Source: Octopus bimaculoides (taxonomy: Eukaryota). From it: a DNA stretch of 36,622 nucleotides. Made by a program: the position numbers and the translations under genes. The notes under the pieces were generated by a model that saw only the letters and a program-made list of their open reading frames with translations, did no database searches and was not told the origin of the DNA. The stretch covers positions 135,113,473 to 135,150,094 of the forward strand of contig NC_068983.1 in the NCBI RefSeq assembly GCF_001194135.2, given 5' to 3'. Every line of letters starts with the position of its first letter. The first letter of the stretch is position 1. This document shows positions 33,861-36,622 of this stretch, in pieces.

Positions 33861-35936
33861 CCTCAAGCATTGCATTGCCACATGAACTGTTCGATTTCGA
33901 TATCACTGAATAATATTATTACATCATCACATTCATGCAACAGACTCATGAATGAGTGTAAAAACGCGTGCACTTCACATGTACCAAACGACATGTGCAA
34001 CTACAATCAAGGACACTTCGTTACATGTACACATCCCTACTCCTCCTCCTCCCTTTCTTTATACGTTTTTAATCAATTTTCCATTATTGTTCATTTGCTT
34101 TGCTTCATATGTATACACATGTACATTATTGTATTTCATCACAAATAATTGATTATTTACATATTTATGTTATAAGACATTCTCTTCTTACATATAGTAA
34201 TCTGTTACTTGAACAACAGTAAAAGCGAAACTCTGAGTAACCACAGCACCAATTCATAACTAAAAATCTGAACTGACCTTCTGGTATGAAATAGGTTCAT
34301 GTAACCTAACCAAAAACTTAATAACCAACTAACATTGATATCATCTACTTGCTTTCGTACCCGAAAAACTTATTGATAACGACCTAATTCACGGTCCCAC
34401 TGATTCTAAATTCGCCATACATCTACAACTCATACCCTATATTCTGTATTATGTGTTTTAATAGCCACAAGTCATAGTTGTAGTCTGGATTCTATTTTCC
34501 AAACTTTTCGATAAAACACCCACATTACATGCTTCGGGCCCAAACACCCTACTCCAATCATAATGGTCATACAAGCATATATCTCTGTATCTCAAGACCC
34601 TAGGTTCTCATAATGTGACATGCTTAAGTCGTTAATTGCTACACTAAGTTTATGCATCCAATATTTATATATTTACCCCTTAATGCATTTATGAAATTTT
34701 GGAGTTGTTGCCACAACATATGTTACATCGTTTACCATTGTTTCAACAACGTGCAGATGGCCATTCGAACACGGATGAGAAAAATGATATAGTCATGCTC
34801 TCCATGTAATGTCTATTATATAATAGTCTCTGCAGTCATTTAATTATAACGGAACGAATGAATGTAATACGTGAATGCTTCCTGAGGCAAAAGCCTGGAT
34901 TATCGGATCCCTTATCACTTGCTATACATGCATACATGCATACATACATATCTACCTACCTACCTATCTATCTATCTGTCTATCTATCTATCTACATGCA
35001 TACATACATACATACATACATACATACATACATACATACATACATACATACATGTACATATACAAATATATATGTGTGTGTGTGTGTATTTATATGCATA
35101 CATAAATAAATACACGTCCACTCACACTCGAACATACATATAACACATGAAGTAAGCTTCATATATTAAAGGACAGAAGTACTCACAGCAAAAGGAATAA
35201 TAGAGTTAAAGTATATATGTTTGAATTTATGAAAAGAAAGATTTTAATCTATCGCGTTACTCAGAGTTTCATGATATCAAGTTTTTAATCGAATATTAAT
35301 CGTCAGATCCCCGGGCGACTTCACCCTACTAATTTCTTTGATGTCGTCCACCGTTTGATATTCAGTTCGAAGATGGATTTACAGTTTTTAGAAACACTCA
35401 TACACACAGTCACACCACACGCGCGCGCGTACACACACCTACAGCGAGAGAAGGAGTGAGTGAGCGAGAGCAAAATAAGATCAGTATAGATAACGACGAA
35501 TAGTGTTCAAAGGAATGTGACCTTAAATTTCAACTTCTTCATCAAGGGCCAGGTCTAGGGTATCGAAAGTGGCTATAAGAGCAATCCAAATCGTGTTTTC
35601 TTTCATATATATAATACTATATACAATTCTATTCTTGTATATATAATTTTTCTGTACATATATATATGTATGTTATATATATGTATGTTATATTTCTGCT
35701 GCTTTTAAATAAAGCATATTACTCTACCTCTGGTATTTGAGTACTCTTTTTTCCACCTTGTTGCACATTTCATCTGCTTGTCCGGTATATATATATATAN
35801 NNNNNNNNNGACAAGAACGCAAAACATCCAGACAGTTAGGTGATACAAGAAAGGGAAAAACCTACAGATAGACGATACAAAGAAAACACGGACATGTCAT
35901 TCGGAGTTTTCTCTCTTCAGTCGAGAAAATTATATA

Positions 35937-36438
35937 TAAAGTAAAGGTTATTTGCCAACATAATGTGGCTGTCCTAGAAGGGACGATTGCTACTGCTGTT
36001 TAGCCCCAGGAAACATCATTTCCAGCTGACTATACGATACACTATCTGTGTCCTTATATTTTCAATCAGGGAGTCCAGCACTCCCATCCAGCGCAAAACA
36101 ATATCTGTGGACCGATTTCTGGGTTATTGCTCTTTATCAGCAGAGAATAGCTGCTTGGCTAGGTGGCGTTGCTGAATTCCCCGTTTGAAAATATGTAGTT
36201 TTCAAAGTGACACACAGTCACTGATATAATAAAATAGAAATATTATTACTTCTAAATCTCTCAAAGAAAGATATCTAGTAACAATTCTTTGCTATGCTGC
36301 ACTCCTTGTTCGAAAATATAAGGACATAGATATTGTGTCGTATAGTCAGCTGGAAACGATGTTTCCTGGGGCTAAACAACAGTAGCAATTGTCCATTCCA
36401 GGACAGCCACATTATGTTGGCAAATAGCCTTTACTTTA
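35937..36438. mobile_element. Foldback/MITE-like element with 144-bp terminal inverted repeats
   Basis: 35937-36080 versus the reverse complement of 36295-36438: 131/144 identical, no indels by my count; begins and ends with TA. Confidence 0.8.
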
Positions 36439-36622
36439 AAGAACTGTTTTAAAGAACTTTTACTGAATATCTCTCAAGAGAGATATAGAAGTAGGCGGTA
36501 GATAGAAGGGAAAGAGGATGTGAGAGAGGGAGAGAGAAAGAAAGAGAGGGGCAGAGAGAACAGGGAAGGAAGGAAGGAAGGAAGGGAGAAAATCTACAAT
36601 TACAAGTGAGAAGACGAGAGAG

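Noticed and set aside
33303-35143. Many overlapping MYVC/HTYI ORFs
   Set aside because: They are translations of (TACA)n, (CA)n and (CT)n
1-36622. CRISPR arrays, rRNA, genuine tRNA genes, telomeric arrays
   Set aside because: None seen; the tRNA-like boxes all belong to SINE heads lacking a complete cloverleaf

Overview
AT-rich animal genomic DNA with five N-gaps, rich in microsatellites and retroposons. The SINE families and (TA)n/(CA)n/(TACA)n load look like octopus (cephalopod) sequence; this is inference from recognised repeat families, not a database hit. There is no long intact ORF. Supported content: at least three tRNA-derived SINE families, a decayed RTE/BovB-clade RT fragment joined in frame to a decayed Penelope-like GIY-YIG fragment, a bipartite RTE derivative with a nested SINE, two tandem Dong/R4-like 3' ends in (AAT)n, three hAT MITEs with 8-bp TSDs, a pogo-like MITE, a 144-bp-arm foldback and a degenerate minimal hammerhead ribozyme. 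Splice-signal reading suggests two small convergent genes of unknown product: a plus-strand unit from an NRF1-type promoter near 5400 to about 23740 (exon chain uncertain), and a minus-strand three-exon 82-aa ORF at 27005-25694. All alignments and translations were done by eye.
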